NCBI RefSeq assembly: GCF_006345805.1
Contig: NC_043013.1
Span: 29,016,001-29,080,000 of the forward strand
Source of the DNA: Octopus sinensis
Lineage: Eukaryota
Reading direction: 5' to 3'
DNA: 64,000 bases
The first letter of the stretch is position 1. Each line of letters begins with the position of its first letter. Under the pieces are notes generated by a model. The model had not been told where the DNA came from and did not search any database. It saw nothing but the letters and a program-made list of their open reading frames with translations. A program made the translations under genes and the position numbers. Positions 1 to 13,520 of the stretch are shown piece by piece.

Positions 1-224
1 ACCAGTAGTGGCCGGTGCCAGACTCCCCTGGCACCTGTGCCAGTGGCATGTAAAAAGCACCCACTACACTCTCGGAGTAGTTGGCGTTAGGAAGGGCATC
101 CAGCTGTAGAAACACTGCCAGATCAGACTGGAGCCCGGTGCAGCCTCCTGGCTTCCCAGACCCCGGTCGAACCGTCCAACCTGTGCTAGCATGGAAAACG
201 GACGTTAAACGATGATGATGATGA
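1..224 (+). mobile_element. RTE 3'UTR-derived repeat ('C' family)
   Basis: GGCGTTAGGAAGGGCATCCAGCTGTAGAAAC...GGACGTTAAAC(GAT)n. Other copies: ~1783-2130(-), 6895-7110(-), 9636-9890(-), 13121-13350(-), 15201-15400(-), 23783-24065(+), 26954-27190(-), 42933-43215(-). Confidence 0.85.
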
Positions 225-249
225 TATATATATATGATATATATATATA

Positions 250-480
250 GCGGCGAGCTGGCAGAAACGTTAGCACGCCGGATGAAATGCTTAGCAGTAT
301 TTCGTCTGTCGTTACGTTCTAAGTTCAAATTCCGCCGAGGTCGACTTTGCCTTTCATCCTTTCGGGTTCGATAAATTAAGTACCAGTTACGCACTGGGGT
401 CAATATAATCGGCTTAATCCGTTTGTCTGTCCTTGTTTGTCCTCTCTGTGTTTAGCCCCTTGTGGGTAGTAAAGAAATAG
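250..480 (+). mobile_element. tRNA-derived SINE family 'A' (Nin/Deu-like central domain)
   Basis: A-box-like TGGCAGAAACGTTAG, B box GTTCAAATTCC, core CTTTGCCTTTCATCCTTTCGGGGTCGATAAATTAAGTACCAG. Confidence 0.85.
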
Positions 481-744
481 ATATATATATATAGAGGTTA
501 GTTGAGATAGAGGTTAAAATAACAGTCTAAGGGATAGAAAGTATCCATTACACTACCGGTATATTACCTATATTTAACCATGGGCATACATATGCAAACA
601 TATTATGTTCATAAATTATAAGTAAAGATAAGGATAAACATGGGTTTATCAAGAATCAAAATTTAGAGAAAACAGAAAATGGAGAAGTATTGATGAACAA
701 CAATTGTTGTTCATCTGTACTTCTCCATTTTCTGTTTTCTTTGA

Positions 745-792
<48 letters not shown>

Positions 793-797
<5 letters not shown>

Positions 798-1013
798 GGA
801 GATGTACTTGCATAGCGAGTGACCTGATCTGAGTTCGTGTGCTGGAATGAAAACAATTGCAGCATTGAAGGTGATGCATTTTGTCAGTGAACAGATTACA
901 GTCTCAAAGTGACGAAAATATTTTGGCGAATTAATTTAAATGTTGAAGTGAATCTAACGGTTTTTGTGTGTTTCTTAAATGGCTTATAAACACCTTCCAT
1001 GCTGCAATTGTTT
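793..1013. mobile_element. Internally deleted MITE-like element between (TA)n tracts
   Basis: 851-873 and 991-1013 are inverted copies (22/23 identical). Confidence 0.6.
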
Positions 1014-1014
1014 A

Positions 1015-1087
<73 letters not shown>

Positions 1088-2489
1088 ATGTATGTATATG
1101 ATGGGCTTCTTTCAGTTTCCACCTTCCAACTTCACTCACAAAACTTTAGTTGGCCCAGGGCTATAGTAGAAGACACTTGCCCAAGGAGACATGTGGTGGG
1201 GCTGAACCTGGGACTATGTCATTGGGAAGAAAACTTACCCTCAGTCATGCCGGCACTAAATACATTCTTATTTTAGAATTGCAATCGTCTGGAACTATTT
1301 TCTTGTTCCCATTTTCTGATCAGTGAACATGAAAAATTTTAACTCAACATCACCTAAACTAGTTCGGGGGAACCTGGAAAGGCTATGGGCACTGCCCCAC
1401 CTCCTTGAACTCTTTTTTTTTTTTACCTTTGGACACTAATCTATATGACCAGGTAAGCTCCCTGTAACAATACCTGCTGTCAAGTTCTGATTCTTGCTTG
1501 TAGTTATTTCACTTCATAGTCCTGGGCCATGCATGAATATCTCCGTTTCACTTTCACTGTATTCCGATCCTGGATAAAATTTTAAACTGCATCTATTAAA
1601 GGGGGCCCTGGTCCAGGGCTTCTGGGGGTTTTGAAGCCTGTAGAACCACCTCTTAGTCACTGTTATTCCCAGGTTTGCTATGGCCTAGTCTAGTAGCACC
1701 TGTCACGGTCCCAGCTATGGGTTAGTTAGCAATATTAGGACTTGCCTACCTGTGCATGTGAAAACTGGGTCTGGCAAACTCTCATCATCATCATTTAATG
1801 TCTGTTGACCATGCTGACATGGATTGGACAGTTTGACCAGACCTACCAAGCTGGAGAGCTGCATCAGGTTCCAGTCTGATTTGGCATGGTTTCTGCCACT
1901 GGATGCCCTTCCTAATACCAACCACTTTACAGAGTGTGCTGAGTGCTTTTACGTGGCACCAACATGAGTGCTTCTTATGTGGCACCAGTACAGGACTCTT
2001 GCAGACCAATCCTCTCCACCAGTGGGGACTGGCGATAACACTTCTGCTGTGGAGCATGGGTCTTCTTGAGTACAACAAGGCGCCACGCATCTCGGTCCAT
2101 TGTCATCTTGCCTGAAAGTTAAGCATCCTGAGGTCCATCCTTCAGTACTGAAAGATGACCTGCGAAAGAAACTTCATGATTCAACTGGGAGGTGGGTGGA
2201 GGAGGAGGCTGCAGCAATGCATTGTGGGGGGCAGAGAGCAAGGTGGGACAAATAAGACGTCTTGGTCATCTATTGCATCTGTTTCCATCCTCAGTCGTCT
2301 TGACCTGGTCTTGCCACTGGATTGAAGATGATCACAGATGAGAGAGAGAGAGAGAGGTTGATGGTATGCATATCGTCTTCACTTTTAAACACAGCTACTG
2401 TGCAATTCACTAGTTATCCTTAATGATAACTAGATGGTCCTTGTTGCTTTGGGGGACAGACATAACCCACTACCCTAGCTATTTTAGGT

Positions 2490-2719
2490 TTAACCCTTTA
2501 GCATTTAAACCGGCCATATCAGGCCAAAAGTATTCTGCCTGTTTTATGTTCAAACCGGCCATATCTGGTCTCTCACACCAACCCTACAATATCGTTTTAA
2601 AAATGAACAGCTTCCTCATCAAAATCTCATAGCTACAAGATTAATGAATGATTAGTTCAAAATAATTTGGATAAAAAAAAATAAATTTTGGCAGAATAAT
2701 GTGAACTCTAAAGGGTTAA
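2490..2719. mobile_element. piggyBac-like MITE 'E' (TTAA-CCCTTTAG...CTAAAGGG-TTAA)
   Basis: TTAA at both ends, CCC/GGG termini. Related copies: 11701-11926, ~13655-13863, and a partial at ~54534. Confidence 0.8.
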
Positions 2720-5700
2720 TGGCAAGCAGAGAGAGAGAGAGAGAGAGGGAGCAGTGTGTAATCAGTCCCTTTATGAATTCCTTGGTGCCTTTTAATACAC
2801 AAGATTATTGTGTGAATTTTCCCTAGACAAAGACAAATATAATATTAAGTTTGTTTTCTGAACGAGTTAGCTGATTTAGATTTTTGATGCTCACTGCATA
2901 GAATATGCTAACACTAACTTAAATATTATTTTTCATTCAGACAGTGACTAAGTAATTAACCTCAGTGACTTCTTATTATTTCTTTTTCAAATAGACTAAT
3001 TTTCATGCTTACTCCTTCTTAATATTTTATACCTGTATCTTACTGAAGAGGTGTAATAAGATAGAAACGATGCTTAAGATTGTCTCCCTTAATTGTCAAG
3101 AAACAAAACATTGAAATTAATTTAGTCATCGAACTTATGTTTTTTCTTCAGTACAGAAGTATTTAAAACTAGATTTGTGATGCTCATTACATTAAATATG
3201 CTAAGCACTCAAACTAAACCATAACCTTCTTTTTTCATATTCACTGCTGCTTGTCAAGAAATGTCTAATACCACCATGAGGTGCTTTAATGTTAGAAACA
3301 TCCATTTCCATTAATTTCTTTCTTTTTTTTTTTTTAATTGTTTAAATTGAAGCATTTAGAATATCAACTTTTATGCAGGTTTTATAGTTACGTAAAAGCC
3401 TTCTCACCATTCTCTTATGCAAGGAAAAATACGAAAACAAAAATACTCAAAAACAGCAGAAAAAAAACCGACAAAAAAAAATACACTTCAAAATATAAAG
3501 AATAAATGGGTTTTTATTTTTTCTGCAAGTCACTTTCTATAGAAGTCAATATAACTTCAATTTACCTTAATTGTTATAAGTAGCAACTTAAGTTTTCCTT
3601 CTTCCAGCTCTTAGTTAATTAGAAAAACGTCATTAACATCACTGCATCCTTGTTCTACCCTGTTGACCTGTGGGGGGAGAGGAAGTGGGGGCAGAAGTTG
3701 CAATGTCAGAGCTTAGGTGTGTTCTCATAGACATGGAAACATGAATGGCTTTTGATGGCACTGAGCGCCAGAGACACAATTTGGCAACAAAGTCACAATT
3801 CCAATGAATTGTTTGGATTAGGATGGGTATATGCTGTTTGAGTCCAGGCAGGTGTGTGTGTTGCTTTCCAGTGGCTCTTTCTTTACTTGTTTGGGGGAAA
3901 ATAATTGACCAGGTATGTCTTAGGTGCCTACTTCAGGGCATTTAAGACCTAATGGTCTGCTCAGGATCTTCGTGGAAAGCAAAGTTCTGTATGGGGCTGA
4001 TAACTTAGTTACAGTTTGCCGAAACTCTGTTATCAGTGTGCCTGGCTTGGATGATCCACTGTGCTATAAGGGGCACATTAATATGAAGTCCTTATAATGC
4101 AGTAGTTTATGGAACTTAACACATTTTGTAAGATAATCTTTGCTAAAACAACTACTTAGCTTTTAAGAATCTAATGTATTTTGTCTCATTTGCTGTATTT
4201 ATTAGAAGGGAAATGACAAAATCGATAAAACACTTGTTGGTTTTCTTTTGAAGATGATATACATTGAAAGCATCTTTGTCTTCCATATTTTTCCAGTTTT
4301 GGCTGCTGTGGAAACATCAGCTTCTTCTCCCGCTCCTATTCCTCATCATTATTACTACCTGGTAATGAAGTTTACTGTCATCTCATTTTTGTTGTCCAAA
4401 ACTATCTCTGAGTATCTCTGCAATTTGTTGAGCTCCTTGCTGCAAATGTTTCTAATTCATGCAAGTAGTCCAGAGATCCACATCCAATGGAAACTGTAGA
4501 TTACAAGCAAGATCTTAGTGACCTACACTTATTTAGTAACAAAATATTTAGTTAGTGTGGAGTGACCGGGATTAACCTTTAGCATGCCCTGTAGCTGCAG
4601 GTGCATTGTGTCACATGAAAAGGGGAGAAAACTCATACAGCAACATGATGTGACTTCAGCGTGCTAATCGATAATGTTATTAGCAATCAAGTAGTGGTTA
4701 ATCTAATTACAGTATAATTAACAGCACCCTTCATCACTACATCTTCCTCCTCCATATTATCAATTCCCATCTTCATAATGTTATTTAAACCAATTCCATT
4801 CATGAGGCATTGGTTAACTCAATTCTACAGTGGAAGGCACTTACGCAAGGTTCTATGCTGTGGAATGGAACTTGCACCCACATGGTTCGGAAACAAACTC
4901 TGTATCCACACATCCGTTCCTACTCTTATTAGTATTTTGATTCTAATTTACTGCTTCAGATTCCGTCTATTACCAATTCTGTTTGTTTCAGTTTTACTGG
5001 TTGATAAACCATGAAAAAATTGTTATACTCCTACTTGAAAGTTAAAAGCTTTACAAAACAGTTGTTGCCAACATTATGCAAATATTTAAATTCAAAAGAC
5101 AAAAAAAAAAAAACAAACAAAAAACAGAAAACAAAAACATGTTAGCAAGGGAAATGGAATCGAACGGGAATTTGGCAGTGCCACCTCTAGCTGAACAATT
5201 ATTCTGTGCTGATGAAGAGAAATAACCTAGAAATCGCGACACACAGATATTGTTTTGAGCTGAGTGAGGGTGCTAAATGCCCTTGTTCGAAAATATAAGG
5301 ACACAGATCATGTCGTATAGCCAGCTGGAAACGATGTCTCCTGGGGCTAAATTACAGCAACATTCGTCCTAAACCAGGACTGCCATGTTATGTTGGCAAA
5401 TAATCTTTACTCAAGGGAAATGGATGTTTTACCAGAAGTCAAAAAAAATTCTGTTCTTGTGTAGTGCAATTAAAATTGTATTCCTCCCACTTCAATATAT
5501 CCTTATGAATTTAATTGACTCCCATTTGAATATATTTTAATTATAACTGAAGAATACCATCAGAACAGCATCAATGAAAAAATTTCAGCCTGTTTACTGC
5601 ATCTTTAAGGATGAAAACTGTTTTAATACTTACTCTGCCATGAAATGTTTTATCCTTTGATATATATTGTGTTACCTGACTGGGTTTAAACTACCCAGTC

Positions 5701-6415
5701 ATCCATCTTCTCTGCTTACTATTCCAGGGAGGATCATGGAGGTAGTGTCATTAGGCATCTCCTCCATATGCTCCTATCAGAAACAACCATCTTTACATTT
5801 CTCAGCTTCCCAAGCATGACAAACTGCAACTATAGATATTATCCAACAATCTCATTCCTGCTTTTTCCCTTTAGGTCTCCTGCCAAGTGGCTCAGCTTGA
5901 AGAATCCGTCTTGCGATTCAGTCCTGTGACATTCTAATCACATGGCCATAGTACCGGAGCGGTGACACCCTCAATGTGGAGAAGTTGTGGATTTGAACTA
6001 AAAGCCTTTATTCCTAAACTACACTTAGAAATGCATTTAGTCACTCAACCACCAGCATTTAGCTTCATTGCTTTAGATTGTTAATGTATCAGTAACATTT
6101 TTAAAATGCTTCCCTTTCTTGTAGTTTATCTGTTGAGTTCATTGATTCACAAATATTTGTGAATCTGTCCTTGATCTAATTCTTTGTTGTTGTTATTGTT
6201 ATCGTTATCACCATCAGCAGCAGTTGCATAAAATTTATATTTCTGGTGAGACAGCTGCAAGAGGACTATTTAGCAAACAACAAATAACTTTCATATTGCA
6301 GAATTTAACAAATGCTTTTGACAGTTGTGAGTGGTGAGCAACAACAAAGCATGCTCGATTTTGAAAGTAGGACTCAGTGAGTGAGGGAGATAGAGTGAGT
6401 GGTTTTATTAAATGC

Positions 6416-6446
<31 letters not shown>

Positions 6447-6447
<1 letters not shown>

Positions 6448-6845
6448 GCGCAGGAGTGGCTGTGTGATAAGAAGCTTGCTTCCCAACCACATGGTTCCGG
6501 GTTCAGTCCCACTGTTTGGTACCTTGGGTAAGTGTCTTCTACTATAGCCTCGGACCGACCAGAGCCTTGTTGAGTGGATTTGGTCGACAAACTGAAAGAA
6601 ACCCATCATATATATATATATATGTATATGTATTTATTTTTGTGTCTGTGTTTGTCCCCCACCATTGCTTGACAACCGATGTTGGTGTGTTTACGTCCCT
6701 GTGACCTAGGAGTTTGGCAGAAGAGATCAATAGAATAAGTACCTGGCTTACAAAGAATAAGTCCTGGGGTTGATTTCTTCGACTAAAGGTGGTGCTCCAG
6801 CATGGCTGCAGCCAAATGATTGAAATGAGCAAAAGAGCAAAAGAG
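6447..6845 (+). mobile_element. tRNA-derived SINE family 'B' (CORE-like ACCTTGGGCAAGT, internal TA/TG microsatellite)
   Basis: TGGCTGTGTG.TAAG A box and GGTTCAGTCCC B box; 3' half ends ..CAGCATGG..GAAA. Other + copies: 9912-10270, 10550-10950, 22848-23280, 32926-33325, 36335-36665, 47930-48085, 48880-49235, 51336-51590, 52545-52945. Confidence 0.88.
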
Positions 6846-7346
6846 TATATATATGTTTATATATTCTTATATATATATGTATATATATCATCTTTGTCAT
6901 CATCATCATAATTTATTGTCTGTTTTCCATGCTGGCATGGGTTGGATGATCTGACAGGAGCTGGTCAGCTGGAGAGCTTCCTGGGCTCCAAGTCTGTTTT
7001 GGCACGGTTTCTATGGCTAGATGCCCTTCCTAATGCCAACCACAGTACAGAGTTTACTGGGTGATTTTACGCAGCACTGGCATGAGTCCCTTAATGTGGC
7101 ACTGGTGTGAGTGTTTTTTACTTAGAACTGCCATCCATGAGCCTGCAAGATTAGAAACGCTTAGCTAAAGAGACTCGTATTACTACCTCAGTCAATCTAA
7201 ATGTATATATTTGTCGTTACCTTTCATAAATAGCCTTTTTCTATTTGCAGTATGCATTTTCGTTGATTTTTCATATTTTACCCTTACATTTCCATGTGTA
7301 TTTTATATTTTCTTTTTTTAACATATTTCTACTATATATATATATA

Positions 7347-7866
7347 TGCCAGTGCAGCCTCCACTAGATTCTGTGCCGGTGGCACATAAAAAGCTCCATC
7401 CGAACGTGACCGTTGCCAACCCCGCCAGCACCATCCGAATGTGGCCGTTGCCAGTGCAGCCTCCACTGGCTTCTGTGCCGGTGGCACATAAAAAGCACCA
7501 TCCGAACATGACCGATGCCAACCCTGCCCCGAATGGCTTCTGTGCCGGTGGCACATAAAAAGCACCATCCGAACGTGGCCGATGCCAGCACCGCCTTGAC
7601 TGGCTTCTGTGCCGGTAGCACATAAAAAAGCACCAACCGATCGTGGCCGATGCCAGACCCCTCTGGCACCTGTGCAGGTGGCACGTAAAAAGCACCCACT
7701 ACACTCGCGGAGTGGTTGGCGTTAGGAAGGGCATCCAGCTGTAGAAACACTGCCAGACCAGACTGGAGCCTGGGGCAGCCCGTGGCTCCCCAGACCCCGG
7801 TCGAACCGTCCAACCTGTGCTAGCGCGGAAAACGGACGTTAAACGATGATGATGATGATGATGATA
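7347..7866 (+). mobile_element. 'C' family copy with an internal tandem array (5 core units)
   Basis: Repeated GTGCCGGTGGCACATAAAAAGCACC core, then the common 3' end and (GAT)n. Confidence 0.88.
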
Positions 7867-10071
7867 TATATGAATAAATGAAATCCATGAATAAATCCAT
7901 ACTAGGATAATTCATTCACCTTCTTAAATATATATATATATATATATACACATACATATATACATATATATAAGTTTCTAGAAAATTACTTGATGTAGTC
8001 ACAGTATTGGAAAAATGAATTTCTTAAATTAAAATTATTAATTATCATAGCAATAAGTGAAAAAAAATCTCTTAAAAGTAGAAATAAACACACACCTGAT
8101 CGAAGGAAGTTTTTATATTAGCTTTTTTGCTGTTTCCAGCTTTTCAAGCACATGTGTGTGTGTGTGTGTGCTTGTGAGTCTGTGTGTATCTGTGTGTGTG
8201 TGTGTGTGTGAAGTATTGCCTGAGGGTTGGTTCTAATTTACTTACCGATTTTAATGATAATCAGCAGCTTTCTTACTTTTGGAAATTAAAATTTTTAATT
8301 AGCAAGACATCCACATTGCAACGACAGCAACGTGCAGTCATAAATGTAGCACATCGACTACCTGTTGCTTAATCTGGCAGACCTGAACACCACCTAAATC
8401 AGTGATTTCATTTGGTGATGGTGGTGGTGGGTGGGTTCGGGGGGGTGGGGGTGAGTAGTTTGCACCTGTTTAAAACTACTTCCGACACCACCACTGTCAC
8501 CTCGTCAGTATCACAGCCAACCCTTGTATTTTTTTATGAGTTTGAAGTATTTAAAAAAGAAAAAAAATGCAAAGTCAATATGAATAATGGGCTTCATTTA
8601 AGTATGTTATTTGGTTTTTTTTTTTGTCACAACACTCTTCATCACATTTTCAGCATCACCTTTGTCATTCTCATCTCTCGTCATTCATCGCCCACTCTTT
8701 CCATGATCGTCTCTGTTTGTCATCCTTATCCCCCCCGCCCTCCTCCGCCCCACCTCACTCACCGTCTCCGCCATCATTGCATCATTCGTTGTCATCATTA
8801 CCGTCAGTGCAATCATCGTTAATGTCATTAATGTCGTTACCATTGTCATCGCCACCGTGTCAGACATTTTGATGGTTATAAATTCTGTTAATCTGACTGA
8901 TGGTTTCTATAGATATATCCGAGAATGGAAGCTTACCATCCATCACCATTATCATCATCATCATCATTATCGCCTACTGCCACAGCAACACAACTTCTAC
9001 TGATTCCATTATACCACCAACACCACCACCACCACCACCACTGTTCAGCTCTTATTTACACATCTATTTCTATATGGCACTTAATTCAATTGATTTCTTT
9101 GCCCACCCCCCCACTCTTTATGTCTCGTTCCTCCTACTCCTCCTCCTCCTCCCTATGTCATCTGTTCATTTATTAGATATTGCAATCTCTCTCTCTCTCT
9201 CTCTCTCTGCTTTCTTTTCTTTATCCACTCTCACCCTCCCTTGTAACCTCCATCTTCTCTCCTAGGGCCCCCCCCCACCTCACAACAAAATCTTCACATT
9301 CTTTTAATGTTTTTTTATGCCTTTTTTTCTTTTACTGTTCGCTGAATACTTAGCATGTTCATCCATGTTTACATCATTATCACCATCATCATCATCACCA
9401 TCATCATCACCATCATCATCATCATCGTCGTCATCATCATCATCATCATCATCATTGAAACAACACAGCAATGAATTGTGTCGATGTATATAGACGGTGA
9501 TTCAAGAGGATTTTTAGCATTAGCATTTAAACGATATGTGATTTTCATTTTGTCTTAATTTAGTTTTGATATAATTTTAACTCTGACTTTGCCATTCTGT
9601 TACATAAATGCATGCATACATACATTTATACATTTATCGTCATCATCGTTTAATGTCCATCTTCCATGCATGCATGGGTTGGACGGTTCACAGGAGCTGG
9701 CCAGGTAGAAAAACTGCCCTATGCTACTGTGTCTGTTTTGGCAGGGTTTTTATGACTGGATGCCCTTCCTAACACCAACCACTCTGCTAAATGGACTCAG
9801 TGCTTTTTATGTGGCACTAGCACAGGCGAGGTTAGTTTCGGCATGATTTTACCAGCTGGATGCCCTTCCAAATGCCAACCACTTTACAGTGTGGGTGTGT
9901 GGTAAGGATAGGTGTAGGTGTGGCTGTGTGGCAAGAAGCTTGCTTCCCAACCACATGGTTCCAGTTTAAGTCCTACAGCGTAGCACCTTGGGCAAGTGTC
10001 TTCTACTATAGCCTCAAGCCAACCAAAGCCTTGTGAGTAGATTTGGGGGATGTAAACTGAAAGAAGCCTGT

Positions 10072-10112
<41 letters not shown>

Positions 10113-12070
10113 TATATTTATGTGTATGTATCTGTGTTTGTATCCCTGGTGCTGGTGTGTTTATGTCCCTGTAACTTAGTGGTTCAGCAATAGTTACCAA
10201 TAGAATAAGTACTGGGCTTATAAAGAATAGTCCTGGGGTCGATTTATTTGACTGAAACAAATAAAAGAATATACCCCCCCCACTTACTATCATCATTTTA
10301 ATGGCTGCTTCTCCATGCTCACACAGAATTTGTGGGGGCTGGATCACTATGGCTGGATGCCCTTCCTATTGCAAACCCTCACCTCCAATTAAGGTGATAT
10401 TTCGTAATGACTGGACATGTTTTCACAGAACATTGGTAACAAAGAACAATCTGTATGATGGTGGCACTTGTTCACAACAATCACTTCATGTCAAGACAAG
10501 GAGACCAACTCATATAAATACACATACATATATATATATAGAAAATATATGGAGTGGCTGTGTGGTAAGTAGCTTGCTTACCAACCATATGGTTCCGGGT
10601 TCAGTCCCACTGCGTGGCACTGTGGCCAAGTGTCTTCTACTATAGCCTCGGGCCGACCAAAGCCTTGTGAGTGGATTTGGTAGATGTAAACTGAAAGAAG
10701 CCCGTCGTATATATGTATATATATATGTGTGTATATATGTTTGCATGTCTGTGCTTGTCCATCCAACATCGCTTGACAACCGATGCTGGTGTGTTTACGT
10801 CCCTGTAACTTAGTGGTTCGGTAAAAAGAGACCAATAGGATAAGTACTAGGCTTACAAAGAATAAGTCCTGGGGTTGATTTGCTCGAGTAAAGGCAGTGC
10901 TTTAGCATGGCCACAGTCAAATAACTGAAACAAGTAAAAGAATAAAAGAATATATATACATATATATATACATACATACATACATACACATATAAACAGT
11001 TTGTTCCATTTTCCGCCTACTAAATCCACTCACAAGGCTTTAGTCATCCTGGTGTTACTTATGCTAGAAGACACTTGCCCAAGGTGCCACACCATAGGAT
11101 TGAACTTAAAACCAGGTGGTTAGGAAGCGTAGTCACACCTGTAACTATGCTTGCATCTTATGTATATTGAGGGCATGTGGCTTGGTGGTTAGGGCACTGC
11201 CCTCATGATTGTGCAGTTGTGGTTTCAATTCCTGGACCAGGTGGTGTGCTATGTTCTCAAGGAAAACACTTGCATCTTCCACTCTGACACTATTCCAAGG
11301 TGTCATTCAATGGGATTGAACTCAGAACACGTGGTTGGTAAGCAAACTTCTTACCACACAGCCATACCTGCAACTATGTTTTTTATTAATTTAACGTTTG
11401 TATATAATGCACATGAATGTGGCATACCTTGCACCTGTGCAGGGAATGTCAACTTGACGCAGGGAGTGAGCTTACAGGCAACGCAAACATTTGATCACTA
11501 TAAACAAATCATCCATGCTGGTTGTTCAGTAAGAAACTGTGAAACCCTTCATTGTCGATTTGCTTATAGTGATCAAATGCTTCTGTCGTGTACCCTCCCC
11601 CCCCCACCGCCATCACACGCACACACGAACACATGCATGTACGTGTAGGTGCATGGCGTCATGGTCGCTAGACAATCATCATCTTCATTATTATTGTTGT
11701 TTAACCTTTTAGCATTCAGATTATCTGCCAAGCGTAATGTTTATTTATTCCCATTTTCTTAAAATTAAGCATGCATCTTCTCATAGGTTCGAGATTTCAA
11801 CGATGTGATTGTTTATTTTACACTGACATTGTAGGGTAGGTGTGAAAGGCAGGACCTGGTCAGTTTAAACATATAACGGAGAGAATATTTTGGCCGGATC
11901 TGGCCGGTTTAAATACTAAAGGGTTAGTGTGTTTTTCATGTTGACATAGGTTGGATGGCCTGACAAGTGCTGATGAACCAGAGGACTGTGCTGAACCTGT
12001 CGTGGCTGGATGTCCTTCTTATTGCCAATTATTTCACACAGTGTACAGGGTGCCTTTTATATGTTACTGG

Positions 12071-12343
12071 CAGGGCTGTGGAGTCGGAGTTGGAAACAAT
12101 TAAGGGGTAGCTGGAGTCAGGGTTGATAAAACTGTACTAACTTCGACTCACAATATCTTTATTCTTTAATATAAACCAGTTATAACATATAAGCCTACTC
12201 AAAGTACAAACGTAAGCATATGCTTTATGAGATATTTAGACCACAATCACTTGATTACATAAAGAGGAGTCAGAGTTAGAGGTGCCAATAGTTGAGGAGT
12301 CAGAGTCTGAGTCAAAGTTTTTTGTTTCGATTCCACAGCCCTG
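12071..12343. mobile_element. hAT-type MITE with a perfect 8-bp TSD
   Basis: TIRs CAGGGCTGTGGAGTCG / CGATTCCACAGCCCTG; GTTACTGG at 12063-12070 and 12344-12351; inserted in a C-like repeat. Confidence 0.9.
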
Positions 12344-12879
12344 GTTACTGGCTGTAGTAAGGTCACCAACTGTGTAGGACCACCAACTGTGTAGGGTGGG
12401 GGGATGGATGGAGTAGTATTGAGGGAGGTGGTTTTATGTCAGGTGATGAGATGTAAAAGTATGGTAGCAGGGTAGGACAGAAAAAGATGTTTTGCTGTAG
12501 AGGAGAGATACATGGTTACTTCCTGTTAGGAAAAAGAGAAAGTGAGAAATCATATGTAGTCATATATAAGACTGGTAACCAGGATGCAAGTGAAGAGCAT
12601 CTTTCTTTTGAAAGAAACCCAACAAAGAGAGAGAGAGAGAAGAGAGAGAGAGAGGGAGGGAGAGAGAGATTCTGTTACTTATGTTTTTCTCTTTTATTCT
12701 TTCAGAGTAACTAGTTGTCTTCTGTTGGTGCCATGAACCTTGGATTCTCTTTAGTCGTAACCTCTCCTGATGTAGCTGAAAACTAACCCTACTTGCTCAA
12801 GTCGGGGAGCTTGGTGTTCATGAAGCTCCCCAACTCCATCAAGACCCCCTGAAGGTAGGGAAACTAGATTTTTGTCTGT

Positions 12880-13520
12880 TCTTTTACTCATTTACTTCTT
12901 TCAGTCCTTTGACTGTGGCCATGCTGGAGCACTGCCTTTAGTTGAACAAATCGACACCCCAGCTCTTATTCTTTGTAAACCTAGTACTTATTCTATTGGT
13001 CTCTTTTTGCTGCACCGCTAAGTTATGTTCACGTAAACACACCACTGTTGGTTGTCAAGCAATGGTGGGGTGGGTGGGACAAATGCAGACACAAGTACAT
13101 ACATACATATATATATATATCGTCGTTCATTTATCATTTAATGTCTGCTTTCCATGCTAGCATGGGTTGGACGATTTGACTGAGGACTGGCGAACCAGAT
13201 GGCTGCACCAGGCTCCAATCTAATCTGGCAGAGTTTCTACAGCTGGATGTCCTTCCTAATGCCAACCACTCCAAGAGTGTAGTGGGTGCTACACGAGGCC
13301 CAGTCAGGCAGTACTGGCAACGGCCACGCTCAAATGCTGTTTTTTACGTGCCATATATATGATGGTCTTCTTTCAGTTTCTGTCTACCACATCCACTCAC
13401 AAGGCTTTGGTTGGCCTGAGCCTATATATAGTAGAAGGCACTTGCTCGAGGTACCACGCAGTGGGACTGAACCTGGAACCATTTGGTTGGGAAGCAAGTT
13501 TCTTACCACACAACCACAGC
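12880..13520 (-). mobile_element. SINE 'B' split by a 'C' insertion in its internal microsatellite
   Basis: 3' half 12880-13100, C element 13121-13350, 5' half 13353-13520. Other minus copies: 1098-1255, 21785-22157, 42278-42662, 57866-58080. Confidence 0.8.

Noticed and set aside
6235-6832. Recurrent ORFs such as 'GTEPGTMWL' and 'DGLLSVSVYQIHSQGF'
   Set aside because: Translations of SINE B copies, not a gene family.
7347-7700. Repeat-spacer pattern resembling a CRISPR array
   Set aside because: Spacers are mutually similar, the array is part of a multi-copy retroelement 3'UTR, there are no cas genes, and the context is eukaryotic.
8412-9265. Overlapping His/Pro/Ser-rich ORFs
   Set aside because: Low-complexity CAT/CAC/CCT tracts with no domain motif or consistent splice frame; an unrecognised UTR cannot be excluded.
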